Position numbers and translations under genes: made by a program
Shown: positions 1 to 12,999 of the stretch, piece after piece
Position numbering within the stretch: the stretch's first letter is position 1
Layout: every line of letters begins with the position of its first letter
The notes under the pieces: model-generated
What the model was told of the DNA's origin: nothing
What the model saw: the letters and a program-made list of their open reading frames with translations, nothing else
Database searches by the model: none
Assembly (NCBI RefSeq): GCF_009914755.1
Contig: NC_060932.1
Source of the DNA: the human T2T-CHM13v2.0 reference genome, Homo sapiens
Reading direction: 5' to 3' (one strand)
DNA length: 64,000 bases

Positions 1-28
1 CTTCATCCCCTCTCCTTTATTCCCTAAG

Positions 29-79
29 GAGAATGAGGGCTGACATGGATGAATCAAGGGCTTGTTCCTGGGCCAACTG
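29..79 (+). ncRNA. Candidate 51-nt spliced exon (putative lncRNA)
   Basis: Long pyrimidine tract cttcatcccctctcctttattccctaAG (1-28) and consensus donor CTG|GTGAGT (GT at 80-81). No transcript evidence available. Confidence 0.35.
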
Positions 80-818
80 GTGAGTAGTATGGTCTCACCC
101 TCTAAAGAATTATAATCTCTTTGAATTGCAAATCCCTCATGGCTAGTAACTCAGGATGGGTCCTGGGCTACTCCAGCCTAGGAGCTATTCTGCTCTGATG
201 AAGTAAAATAAGCCAGGCCTGCTATAGGCTTAGAAAGAATCTCCTTTTCCTCTCCTTTGCTGATCTCATATTTTCTTGAACCAGCCTCTCCTTGGACTCG
301 GGGCTTAAAAACAGAGGGTTGAGAATTAAGTAAAGCTTGGTGGCAGGCAAGTAAAGCTTGGGGCCTACTTACCACATTGCTGCCTCTGCTGTGTCACGAG
401 GAGCCCTACAAGCAGTCCAGCCTGGCTCCCGGGCATGCCCCCGGGTTCAGGGGCAAAAGACTTTGCCTTGGCTTTAGCACATGTCTCTGGGGACAGAAGC
501 AAGGCAGTATGGCGCTTCACACTTTCCGCTTCTCCTAATCTTTTTCTACCTCAATAGAACTAATCCTAATAACACCATCTTATAGGATTGTTATGACAAT
601 GTAATGAGATCATCTAAGAGAAAACGTTTTGAAAACTATTCAAAAATGGAAAGTAACAATCTTGAATTCTAAATTCTTCCTATTTTAGTTTCCTCATCTG
701 TTAAATGTAGTTTTTAAAAACTAAAAAGCAAACATACTCATAAGTCTTTTGAGGGATTGCAAGAGGAAAAAAAAATATATATATATATATTTTATTTTTT
801 ATTTAAAAAGGCAATCCA

Positions 819-1111
819 GGAGGGGTGCGGTGCTCATGCCTGTAATCCCAGCACTTTGGGAGGCCAAGGCGGGCGGATCACCTGAGGTCAGGAGTTCGAG
901 ACCATCCTGGCCAACATGGTGAAACCCCATCTCTACTAAAAATACAAAAATTAGCCGGGTGTGGTGGCATGTGCCTGTAGTCCCAGCTACTCGGGGGCTG
1001 AGGCAGGAGAATCACATGAACTGAGGAGGCAGAGGTTGCAGTGAGCCCAGATTGTGCCATTGCACTCCACCCTAGGAGACAGAGCAGACTCTGTTTCAAG
1101 AAAAAAGAAAA
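819..1111 (+). mobile_element. AluS element
   Basis: Full dimeric Alu with A tail; target-site duplication (TSD) AAAAAGGCAAT at 805-815 and 1112-1122. Confidence 0.95.
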
Positions 1112-2505
1112 AAAAAGGCAATTTATAGTCATGGAAATTATTTCATTTTCACTTTTTTAACAGTTTTGACACTGAAATCCTCTATAAAGTGAATGTATGG
1201 TTAGACCTCTTATAGGCCTTATGCCTATTAATGATCTTGTAAATCTGCAGAAAATAGGGCCATCCATTTGCTATAATCCCTTATTGAGAAGATATAGTTG
1301 GTTTTACTCTTAACACTGCATAACTGTTTCATTTTAGATTCCTGGTAATTACGTAAGTCCTAGCAGTAAGAAGCCTCTTCTGATTCACAGTGACTCTACC
1401 CCATAAACAAGATCTGTCAGTCTATTCTGTAGTTCACAAGTATTGTATCGTGCACAATTGCTGACCCTCATGTAGTTCACAAGTAGAAAGCATGGCCCGG
1501 CCCTGTAGGAGCTATACTCCAGGCAGCAGGCATTGATCTTATAGACACAAACAGATATAAATCTCAGCCAATCTCCTACATATGTTCCAAACATCGTGTC
1601 TTCCCTAACATAAAGAACTAGACATATTGGGGCTTTAAATAAGGTCTAATTTCCTGAAAGCACAGCCAGCATTTCAGGGGGAAAAAACAAAAACAAAAAA
1701 ACTTCAGCAGTGGAAATGCTATTTAAAAAATCCGGGAATTTTTCTATCTTTAAGGTAGTAGATGAATGGGTGCCTAAAGATAATTATACCAGACTGGAAG
1801 TAAAAATCAGCCAAATAACCATATGACTAAGAGCAGATCTCGCCAAAGCCTCAGCATTATCATAATGCAGGTGTTACTGCACCCCATCTTCCTTCCTCAA
1901 GGGGTGCCTTTGCTGAGCCCTGGTGCTATCAAAGGGCTGAGTCTTTCTCTATTCAATCTGTGCACCTCTAGTTGGAGGATTCCAGGGGATTCCACGTCAG
2001 AGCCCACATCAGAGGCTGGAAAGAAAGAGGTTGGGCACACATTTGCCCCTTGCCCTGGCCACCCCTGACCACCACATGGCCTGGCAAGTGTGCACACAAA
2101 GCCCAACGCTGGGGAGCTGGCACCATCTGGGGGGAGAATCACAGTGTCAGAGGACAGCATAGACCTTCTGGCTCCTGTCACCTGCCCTCATGCCACATAA
2201 AGAGAAAGCTCCAAGGCACAGACCTCCCAGGAAGGGATTGACTCCAACATATCTCTGTCATTTGTCCCATATCTGCTTTTTAAGTACGCAGACTAAGCCA
2301 GACCCTCATGACTAAGTATACACTGGTGAACAAAAAGACGTCCTGCCTGCCCAGGTCCCAGAGCAAAGGTGAGGATGAATCCTTCCATTTGGGTTTAAGC
2401 TTCTCACCAAAAGAGATCCAGACCTCACTAGTGGATCTTAAGGGCATCTGTGCCTTGACAACATTAACACTAATATCTGACACTCAAAACATTCCTTTTT
2501 CTCAG

Positions 2506-2691
2506 CTTAATGTTACTGGTAAAAGAAATTTTTTATATATTAGCCCTGCCCTTCTTACATGGGGGTGCAGTGGGCTTCTTCTGGCTAGTTTGAGGCCACT
2601 AGCCTCAAACACTTCGTGTTCACTCTCTAAATAACCCAAGGAAATGGCCACTACAGATTCTTTGGATACAGCTTCTACCTGACAGAGGGAG
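2506..2691 (+). ncRNA. Candidate internal exon (putative lncRNA)
   Basis: Acceptor attcctttttctcAG (AG 2504-2505) with ctaat/ctgac branch-like motifs upstream; donor GAG|GTAAGA (GT 2692-2693). Confidence 0.3.
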
Positions 2692-3184
2692 GTAAGAGTA
2701 GTGGTGGGGGTGGGGGGAGTTTCATTTTCTTAATGCCCAAACCTCAGTTAGCACTTTAGAGTACAGAGGGAAGATTCTGAAATTTTCTGTGTAGGAATTC
2801 AAAAATGATTACTTGAGTAAATTTGCATTTCTGAAACAAGCATTTGTAATAACCCCTAAATAAATTATAAATTTCATTCTGTCACAGAGTCTGAATCAAT
2901 GAGATTTTGATGGATTTCTGTTTTGTGGGTGGAGACAGGGAAGACTCCTTGAGTCTGAGGGACTTGCAGGAGGTGACTCTGCTCACGCAGACTCTTGACC
3001 TTTCACCAAAGATGGCTTGGGCGTGCCGGGTTAACAGGCTCCTAAACCTGCCTGGAGCAGTACAAAAACAAACATCAACATTCTCTGCACAGGCTGAAGC
3101 TCTGAGATGTTCCAGCAACCCACATTACAGAATGCAATTTCAATTCCAATTAACCATATCACTAAATCATTCGAAGGTCACCTG

Positions 3185-3410
3185 GGGCAGTGTATTGCAA
3201 ATTGACAGCCACTGCCCACTCAGTTTAATAGGAAATGACCAGTGTTTTCTAAAAATAAGAAAAGAGTATAATAGAAAATATTAGAGTACATTGCACATCA
3301 TGAAGTATTGTTTTATGAAATACTTAGTTCAGGCAGGTAGGTAGGTGATGCATCATTACTGTGGGCTGGATCATAATACACAATGCATTTCTACTATGCT
3401 CTTAGTCAAA
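3185..3410 (+). mobile_element. Degenerate hAT-Charlie-type non-autonomous DNA transposon (Charlie4-like)
   Basis: cagtgtattgcaaa...aatagaaaatattagagtacattgcac resembles the reverse complement of the element at 44370-44594. Confidence 0.5.
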
Positions 3411-3483
3411 GTAGACAAACAATGGCTAAGGTGTGCTCTCATTATTTAGTCCTCTCTTTCTTTCTTTTTTATTTTTTTCAATG

Positions 3484-3543
3484 AGGCTTTCCAGAAAAAA
3501 CTGGAAAGCCTGCTAGACAAATTCTGCAAGAGCTGTTAACACT
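3484..3543 (-). pseudogene. U7 snRNA processed pseudogene (RNU7-like)
   Basis: Minus strand reads AGTGTTAACAGCTCTTGCAGAATTTGTCTAGCAGGCTTTCCAGTTTTTTCTGGAAAGCCT, versus U7 CAGTGTTACAGCTCTTTTAGAATTTGTCTAGTAGGCTTTCTGGCTTTTTACCGGAAAGCCCCT. U7 Sm site AATTTGTCTAG is intact. An A-rich tail follows (T-rich on plus, ~3455-3479). Confidence 0.92.
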
Positions 3544-3909
3544 TTTTTTTTTAACTCTTCTTTTTCAGTGCTGCCAAATAAACAGTGTGCTTCATTCTCA
3601 GTCCTTTGCATTCATATTACCCAGAGATACCAAATGGCCTCTGCATACCCATCAGGGTTTTACCTGCCTTGAAGGGGTGATTGCAAGGCATATATTACTT
3701 TTTAGGATGGGAACAGCCTGGGTAAAATGAGAGTCATTCATGAAAATTCCATGCATTTTGCAGAACTTAACAAACTGATCACTCACACCTTTTCTTTTTC
3801 TGGTCAAGGTAGTAAGTGGTTTTCAGGATTTGGCCTGAGATTCATCAGAGTCCCATGCATCGTGACACCCTCTATTGCTAGGCTTCTAAAACCCTGTGTA
3901 TTTTCACAG

Positions 3910-4039
3910 GTCCTCTGTGGACAGTGAGCTGGACTGACCTCACAACCCTCCAGTATGTGCAGTGGCTGAGAATGACCCACTCCCAGCAACTTTCTGCAGC
4001 CAAGGGGTTAATCCTCCCTGAGCTGAAGCCTGACATGGG
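3910..4039 (+). ncRNA. Candidate internal exon (putative lncRNA)
   Basis: Acceptor tgtattttcacAG|G (AG 3908-3909); donor GGG|GTGAGC (GT 4040-4041). Confidence 0.3.
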
Positions 4040-4558
4040 GTGAGCCACAACCTCCCCCTCACAGCTGTTTTAGCATTTCATGTGCCTGACAAGAAGCATT
4101 TACGTCTGACCTAAACCTCACCTGTTGCAACGTGACTCCATTCATTCACTCTGTCACCAGAGTGATGGTCACCAGATATTTCTGGAGGCCCTGCAATGGG
4201 CTTGTCATTGCACGAGGTGCTGCAGAACTCACAGTTCTGCCACAGAGACAACACACTCATAAATCACAATGCCAGGCCACATGTGCGGCAAAGGCCATGA
4301 GGCTCTAGGTGTGCAGAGAGGGGACAAAGAGGGTTGGCCTTGGAAGGTCTGGTGTAGCTCACAGAAAGGCTGGTTATGACTTGCAGTCATTTAAGTGCAG
4401 ATGGAGAATAGTTGATATCTTCCTCCTATGATTAATTCTCCCCAAACTTTTCTTTTGACTCTTGATGAAATATTCTCAATGAATTTTTCTTTTTATATCC
4501 AATTCTTAGTCCTTCCAGCAATTTTATCATCAAAATCTGTTAATTTTCTATCTCTCCT

Positions 4559-4920
4559 TGCTGTGGGCTGAATGTTGTGTCTTCCCAAAATTCATTTGTT
4601 AAAATCCTAAACCCCAAGTATAATGGTATGAGGAGGTGGGGTCTTTAAGAGGTGATCAGGTCATGAAGGTAGAGCCCTCACAAACTGATTTAGTGCCATT
4701 ATAAAAAAGGCCCCCAAGAGACCCTCGCCTCTTCTCCCATGTGAGGATACAGAAAAGACAGTGTCGATGAACCAGGAAGGAGGGTCCTCACCAGGCACTG
4801 AATCTGCCAGCACTTCTATCTTGAACTTCCCAGCCTCAGAACAGGGAAAAATTAATTTCTATTGTTTATGAGTTATCCGGGTTATGGTATTTTGCTATAG
4901 CAGCCCAATAGACTAAGACT
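4559..4920 (+). mobile_element. MLT1A-type MaLR solo LTR
   Basis: tgctgtgggctgaatg...gcagcccaatagactaagac, with typical MLT1 blocks (catgtgaggatacag, gaatctgccagcac); TSD-like ctcct/ctccc. Confidence 0.88.
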
Positions 4921-4924
4921 CTCC

Positions 4925-5035
4925 CTGTATAATGTAAGTTCTATGAAAGTAACGACTTTGTCTATTTTGTTCCTTGCTCTATCTTCAGCATCTAGTACAG
5001 TGCCTGGCAATAAATATTTGTTCAACAAATGTATG
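4925..5035 (+). mobile_element. L2 3' fragment
   Basis: tgtaagttctatgaaag...tctagtacagtgcctggc...aataaatatttgtt is the typical L2 3' end. Confidence 0.75.
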
Positions 5036-5835
5036 AGCCCATTTTCTATGGGCTTCATTAGGCTGAGATGGGGATGGGAACTAATGTTTAAAATGGGTTC
5101 CTATTACAAACAATGAAACAAACATCTCAAGCTCTCCTTCCTACTCACTTTTGTAGGAACTCCATCCCCTCCAGGTCTCTCCTGCTTGTTTCTGAGCATT
5201 CCTGGAGATGTTTTCGGTGTGCTCAGGAACAAGTGCTAAAGATGTGGCTACCGCACTGGAAACCTCAACAAGCTAAGGAGGTTCTGTGTTCTCCGAAGCC
5301 CTCTGTGCATCACAGCCATGGCTGTAAGCCATGAAGAAAGGGAAAGAGCACCTCCTTCTCGCCTTGTATAACCTCTTGTCACACAGGCACCAAAGCAGTA
5401 TGACACTGTGCTTTGTAGTTGGAGGTTTTGTAATGAAAATACTTCCCATATTTACTTACATGTCTTATTTCCTCTGGATCCAGACATGAGTACAGGAAGA
5501 GCTCATCTGAGGACAAGGAGCAGTATTCAGACTCTCTCCTTCCTCCCTGCTGGACACCAAGACATTCAGATTAGCTGAACTTAGTAGGCCACCTCTTCCT
5601 TAGGCTGAGGCACTCCCGTGAGGCTATTCAGTGCCCTCTGCAAAGGAGTCTACTCTCTTAGCCCACTAACCATTACCAGGCTGTCTAGATTCCAACAGTG
5701 ACCATGTTCAACCTTGAGCTTGAAAGCCACTACAAAATCCTTTCTTATAAATAGAGCTTTGGGTTGGCATAGAAATTTGGCATGTACCTGACCAAGCCTG
5801 TGTCTATGTCATTGGTATTTTATGTCATATTCTAG

Positions 5836-6150
5836 GGCTTGTATGTGTCCAGGAAGTCTAGTGAATTCGACCATGAATCCAGACATGGCCAGTGGCTAAA
5901 TCCTGTGGGAAGACACTGTGCTTCTCTCTGACCCATGAACACTCTGCTAGTCAAGCTCTCTGTCACAAAGACAACTTGAAGAGACAGAGTGGACCTCACA
6001 GAAGATACCATCGTCACTCTTACCAATGCAACTGTGGTGAACAGGACCACTATTATTCCTTAGATCAAAAGGACAGCACATTCAACAGCATCCTCATGGC
6101 ATGCCAGCAATTTGCATAGGATGTTCACAATTAAACTTTGATTATCTAGT
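5836..6150 (+). ncRNA. Candidate 3'-terminal exon with poly(A) signal
   Basis: Acceptor tattttatgtcatattctAG (5834-5835), unique sequence, ATTAAA at 6130-6135, then a GT-rich downstream element (gtgctttgtggatgtattatgt, 6149-6170). Confidence 0.35.
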
Positions 6151-6409
6151 GCTTTGTGGATGTATTATGTATTACAGAAATCTATTTGCAACATGGAGGC
6201 ACATTTTCTCTTTTGTTTGTTCACTTGTTTATCTGAAAATCAACAAATGGTTATAGAATGCCTACTATGTGCCAGGGACTTCTGGTCACAGCCTCAAACA
6301 AAAGAGATTCTTCTGTATTCTATTCTTCTGTAGCTTACCATAAATAAGAGCATTCCATAGGTAAGAAAACAGTTAAGTAGTAAGATAATTTCACATAATC
6401 ATAACTTTG

Positions 6410-6746
6410 GGCCTGATGTGGTGGCTCATGCTTGTAATCCCAGCACTTGGGAGACCAAAATGGGAGGACCACTTGAGCCCGGGAGTTCAAGACAAGCCCT
6501 AGCAACATAGTGAGACCCCCACAACAACAAAAATGAAAAAATTAGCTAAGAATGGTGGTGCACACCTGTAGTCCCAGCTACTCTGGAGGCTGAGGCGGGA
6601 GGATTGATTGAGCCTGGGAGGTGAAGGTTATGAGCCCAGGAGGTGAAGGTGAAGGTTATTGCTTGAGCCCAGGAGGTGAAGCTAAGATGGTGCCAATGCA
6701 CTCCAGCCTGGGCAACAGAGCAAGATCCTGTCTCAAAAAAAAAAAT
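6410..6746 (+). mobile_element. AluJ with internal tandem duplication
   Basis: Dimeric Alu with J-type diagnostics; right arm has three gagcc(t/c)(g/a)ggaggtgaag copies. Confidence 0.9.
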
Positions 6747-6824
6747 TAAAAGCTAAATTTTATGAAAAAATTATAAAAAACAAATTTGATGAAAAAAATT
6801 ACGCAGAACAATCTAACACAAAAG

Positions 6825-7337
6825 GTGGCTGGGATTTGCTGGCCTGTGTCATTCACATCCCCCTTGTCCCTTGCAGTTTCTAGAGTACATGCCAGAAAGG
6901 TGAAATGCTTGTTTCCCCAACCTCCCTTACTGCTAAGAGAGTAGCAGCCTGACACAAATCCATGGCTCCAAACAAAATACCCTGAGGAGCACTTTCCTGC
7001 CCAATAAAATGCAGAGCCAGAGCCACATAAGAAAAGACTTTGATCCTTTAAACTCTCCCTTCTCCTTGTTTGAAACAAAGATATAATACCCAGAGGCACA
7101 GCAGCTATCTTGCAATCATGGAGTGATCATCATATGGAAGAATGTCATGATGTTAATGACTACCGCAGAGTAGGAAGCAAGAAGGAGGCTGCATCCCTGC
7201 TGTCACTATTGAGCCCTGCAGAGCCTTCACCTAACTACCCTGGACATCTTCATCAGTTTGAGACAAATAAGGCTCCATCCATTTAGGCCTTTGTTAAGTT
7301 TGTTCTTATTTGCAGCCAAACACTTTACTAACTACTA
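6825..7337 (+). mobile_element. Old MLT1 (I/J/K-like) LTR
   Basis: gcagctatcttgc...gcagagtaggaagcaagaaggag...cttatttgcagccaaacactttactaact. Confidence 0.7.
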
Positions 7338-7372
7338 GAGAGATGTACAGCTGTGGGTCAGAAGCCACTTTA

Positions 7373-7718
<346 letters not shown>

Positions 7719-8334
7719 TTAGTTGAGACCTAAATGATAAAAAGCAGCCAGCCATGTAAAGATCTGGGGAAAAGAATTTCAGGCACAAAGAATAGCAAGT
7801 GCGAAGGCCCTTAGACAGAAATAGGTCAGCCATGTTCAAGGAACAGAGAAGATGTGCCTGAAGCACCATGAATGAGGGGGATTTCAACCATGGTGAAGGC
7901 CCTAGAGGGAGGGGGATGGACCTTGGGGAACCCTCTACACCTACCTAAAACTCTGAATTTTATTTTAATACCAAGGAGGAGATTTGAGATAGATAGATTT
8001 GAGATATGTTTTGGCAGTAAACCCTTCAACAGGACTCATTGGTGGAGCAAATGTAGAATAAGGGAGATACAGGTGACTCCTGGATCTTTGTTCTGAAAAA
8101 CTGTGTGGAAGATGGAGCCACTGCATGAGTGGGGAAGAATGTAGGAGGTCCAGGTTGGGAAAAGGAAGGGAATGCTGAATCAATTGTATTTTATGTGATG
8201 TCTGAGATGCCCATTACAATTCCAAGTGGCAGTGTCATATGGGAAGCTGGATACATGAATCTGAAGCTCCAGGGAGAAATGAGGGCTGGAGACAGACATT
8301 TGGAACCATCCACATACAGATGCCATTTAAGTCA

Positions 8335-8735
<401 letters not shown>

Positions 8736-9229
8736 AGGCCTGGGATACTTTGATACTTCAACATTTAGACTTAGAACAGAGGTAACAGAACTAGCAAAGG
8801 GGACAAAGAAGGAGCATCCAGGGAAGTAAAACAAAATCAGGGAGTTTTGAGAAGAAGCTTTAAGAAAGAGGGAGTGATTGGCTCTGTTGAATGATGCTAT
8901 GAGGTTAAAAAAAAAGGAAACAGGAAAGAGCTGTTGGATTGAACTTGTTGGGTGTATTTGGTTATCTTGCTAAGAGCAGTTTCAGAAGAGAGGAGAAGCA
9001 GAAGTCTCATTTTTCTGGGATCAAGACCAAACGGGAGATGAGGAAAGGAAGTACAGACATCTCTTCAGTACAGAGTAATTTCGCTATGAAGGGAAGCAAG
9101 AAAAATGGGGCAGCAGCTGCAGGGTGCTTGGGTTAATAGAGGATTTGGGGAGAGTTTTTAGTTAGAGGACAGATCCCACAGCACTTGTCTACACAGTAAC
9201 ATAAGTTGTGCAGAGTAAAGCAGAGGGTT

Positions 9230-9850
9230 TGATATTGATTGAGCTCCTACTGCATATTAGACACTTTACAAATTCCCATTAATTCCTCTCAACAAGCCTG
9301 TGAGGTGGGAATTTTTATCCTCTTTATAGAAATGAAGGAGGCAATATAATATATTGGTTAGTACTTCAGGTTTGAGTACAACAAAGTCAGAGCTCACAGC
9401 TTGTTAATTGTGTGACCTTGACCAGTTACTTAACTCTCTTTGCCTCACTTTCTTCATCTGAAAACTGGGAATAAAAACAGTACTTACCTCACACGATTGC
9501 TATGAGGATTAAATAAAATAATCCATCTAAAACAGGTAGCACAAGACCTCACATATAGTAATTGCTCAATAAATATTAGTTCTTTTTAGAGATGAGGAAA
9601 GAGAACCTCAGAGGTTATGTCCATTTATTTAACAAATATGTTGAGCTTCTACTTTTTACTAAGTACTGTGTGAGGCCAGAGAGTACAGCAATGAAAAAAT
9701 AAATATCATTGTCTTCATAGAACTTAGAATCCATAATAATCATGGTCATGGTAATAACAATAAGAGTAAAACCAACAATCACTAACATGTACTATGTGCC
9801 AGGCCACAAAGGTATCATCGTTGTGAGCAACAAAAGCAGAATCTGCCTTG
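9230..9850. mobile_element. MIR fragments (both strands) and an L2 fragment
   Basis: MIR core tgtgaccttgaccagttacttaactctctttgcctcactttcttcatctg (9411-9460); antisense MIR and L2 motifs around it. Confidence 0.7.
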
Positions 9851-10107
9851 CTCCATTTTGTCTTTTTATTATGTCATCCTTCCCAGGGGTATCATTTTGC
9901 AAGCAGAAGGAAACCCAAGTCTAATGAAATAATCCTCTTGTATGAGGATGTGTGACTGAAAGGAAAACATTAGAGGTGAAGAATAACCTCTCTTGCTTTC
10001 TCCACTATTTCCCCAAGATCGTATGGGAAACAGATTTTAGGGATTACTTTTCTCTACTTCCTGACTTGTTTCCCCTTCCCTGGTTTCTTCCCAGGTTGTT
10101 TAATTAA

Positions 10108-10576
<469 letters not shown>

Positions 10577-10607
10577 AAAAAGAGTCTTTAAAAAGATAGT
10601 TAAGTAA

Positions 10608-10911
<304 letters not shown>

Positions 10912-11599
10912 TTAGTGAAAATGAGGTCATACAGGTGTGCCCTAATCCCGTCTGACTGTGTGCTTATAAGAAGAGGTGATTAGGACACAGGCAAACGCAA
11001 AGGGAAGATGATGTGAAGACGCAGGGAGAAGACGGCCATCTGTAGCCAAGGAGAGAGGCCACGGGAGAAAACAGCCCTGCCAACACCTTAATCTCAGATT
11101 TGTAGCCTCCAGAACTGTGAAAAAATTAATTTTTGCCACCCAGCCTGTGGTCCTTTGTGATGGCTGCTCTAGCACACTACTATACAAGTAAAACAGACCC
11201 TTGGCCTGCGAGATGTCACAGGGATGTGGAGGACATGGGACACGCTTATGACTAACTGCCGAGCAAGACAGGGCAAAGACAGCACCACGTGAGAAGCACT
11301 AAGGTTAAATTCCCTAAGTACCAGGGTTAAAGAGACCATTCACGTCGGCGGAGGTGGACAGTCAGGAGAGATCTGAGGAAGAAGGCAATTGTAAACTGGG
11401 ATGAGAATGACTCACTGGGACCTACTGGGTATCAGATGGGAGATAAGGGCGTTCCAGAGAGATGGAATGAATCCTTTTTTATTTTTGTCTATTATTAGTT
11501 CACTCTCTTTGCACCTCCTCTTATGTATTAACCTTACCAGAATCTAATCAAATTATCATTCTGTTATTATTTCATTATTATGTTGATTAAGAAGCAAAA

Positions 11600-11720
11600 G
11601 TATCATTATCCCCATTTTTCAGATGAGGAGGCTGGGGCACAGAGAGGGAGGTAACTTGTCCAAGGCTGTACATCTAGCAAGGTGGACAGCCGGATGCACG
11701 CCCGGGTGGTTCTCCCTCAT
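11600..11720 (-). mobile_element. MIR
   Basis: attatccccatttttcagatgaggaggctggggcacagagag...taacttgtccaagg. Confidence 0.75.
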
Positions 11721-11939
11721 TGATCCTGTAACTGAGACCAAGTGTGGTCAAGCAGCGGGTGGACATAGATTGAGGCTGTGTGGAGCAAACGGTGCACAAC
11801 AAGCAAGTGCAGCTCCTTTTTCAAGACACATAGGCAGAATGAAAAGGACAGAACTAGCACAGCAGCCTGAGAAGAAAGGGAAGGTGAAGGAAGTTGCTTT
11901 TATCTTTGAAGAGGGGGAAGATTAGAAATTGTAAGTGAA

Positions 11940-12249
11940 GGTCGGGCGCGGTGACTCACACCTGTAATGCCAGCACTTCGGGAGGCCAAGGCAGGTGGAT
12001 CATGAGGTCACGAGTTCAAGACCAGCCTGGCCAAAATGGTGAAATCCCATCCCTACTAAAAATACAAAAATTAGCCGGGCGTGGTGGCAGGTGCCCGTAA
12101 TCCCAGCTACTCAGGAGGCTGAGGCAGGGAATTGCTTGAACCTGGGAGGGAGAGGTTGCAGTGAGCCAAGACTGTGCCACTGCACTCCAGCCTGGGCAAC
12201 AGAGCGAGACTCCATTTCAAAAAAAAGAAAAAAGAAAGAAAGAAAAAAG
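11940..12249 (+). mobile_element. AluS element
   Basis: Full dimer; TSD agaaatt(g/a)taagt. Confidence 0.95.
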
Positions 12250-12999
12250 AAATTATAAGTAGGTCAAAGGGAGGAAGGAGGAAAGTAGTGAAGACAGGAA
12301 AGAAGATAGTTGGCAAAGAAAGGTCATGGAGGAGAGTAGAGGCCTAGGATTTAGTGCCTGCTTAGGGCGGGGAGAGTTTGGGGCAGTGAGGTCAGCATTG
12401 GAAAGAATGCAGGACGCCTTCGGATGTGAAAGTGTAGGAGGGCTAAAGGGAAGAGATTAGGAGATGCAGGTGCTGCAACACCGAAGGCCGCAGGCCTTGT
12501 TTTTTCGTTTGTTTTGTTTTCTTTTTCTTCTTTTTCCTTCCTTTTTTTTTAATGTTTATTTCTTTCTGTGACATGCAATGCAAGCGGAGGTGGCGGAGTG
12601 GGAGACCTGAGGGTAGTTGTCAAGTTTGGGGATTTGAAGAGATACTAAGGACAAGAAAATGACAGCAGAAGAGTCACCACCTACACGCAGCACAATTCTG
12701 TCCAGGAAAGCTCCACAGCAGAGGTGGGGGGTGGAGAAGGCAGCTGGTCATGGGAATCAGCGGGGGCTGGGTGTGGGGCAAAGTCAAGGAAATCAGAGAA
12801 CCAAGAGTTAGGAGAGATGTTGAAGGGACTGAGCAGGAGAACCAGGCTAGGGACATGAATAGAGTAAGGAAGTGAAGGCTTAGGAGAAACAGGGAGGGTT
12901 TCTAGGACTGAGAAGGATCCCATTCCAATAGCCATTGTCAGTTCCTTACTAGAGCTTTCCTTTTTATCTTTTTGTATAGATTTTTAAAAATATTTATAT

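Noticed and set aside
428-445. Palindrome GGGCATGCCC as a p53 response element
   Set aside because: Only one decamer half-site; the flanking decamers do not match RRRCWWGYYY.
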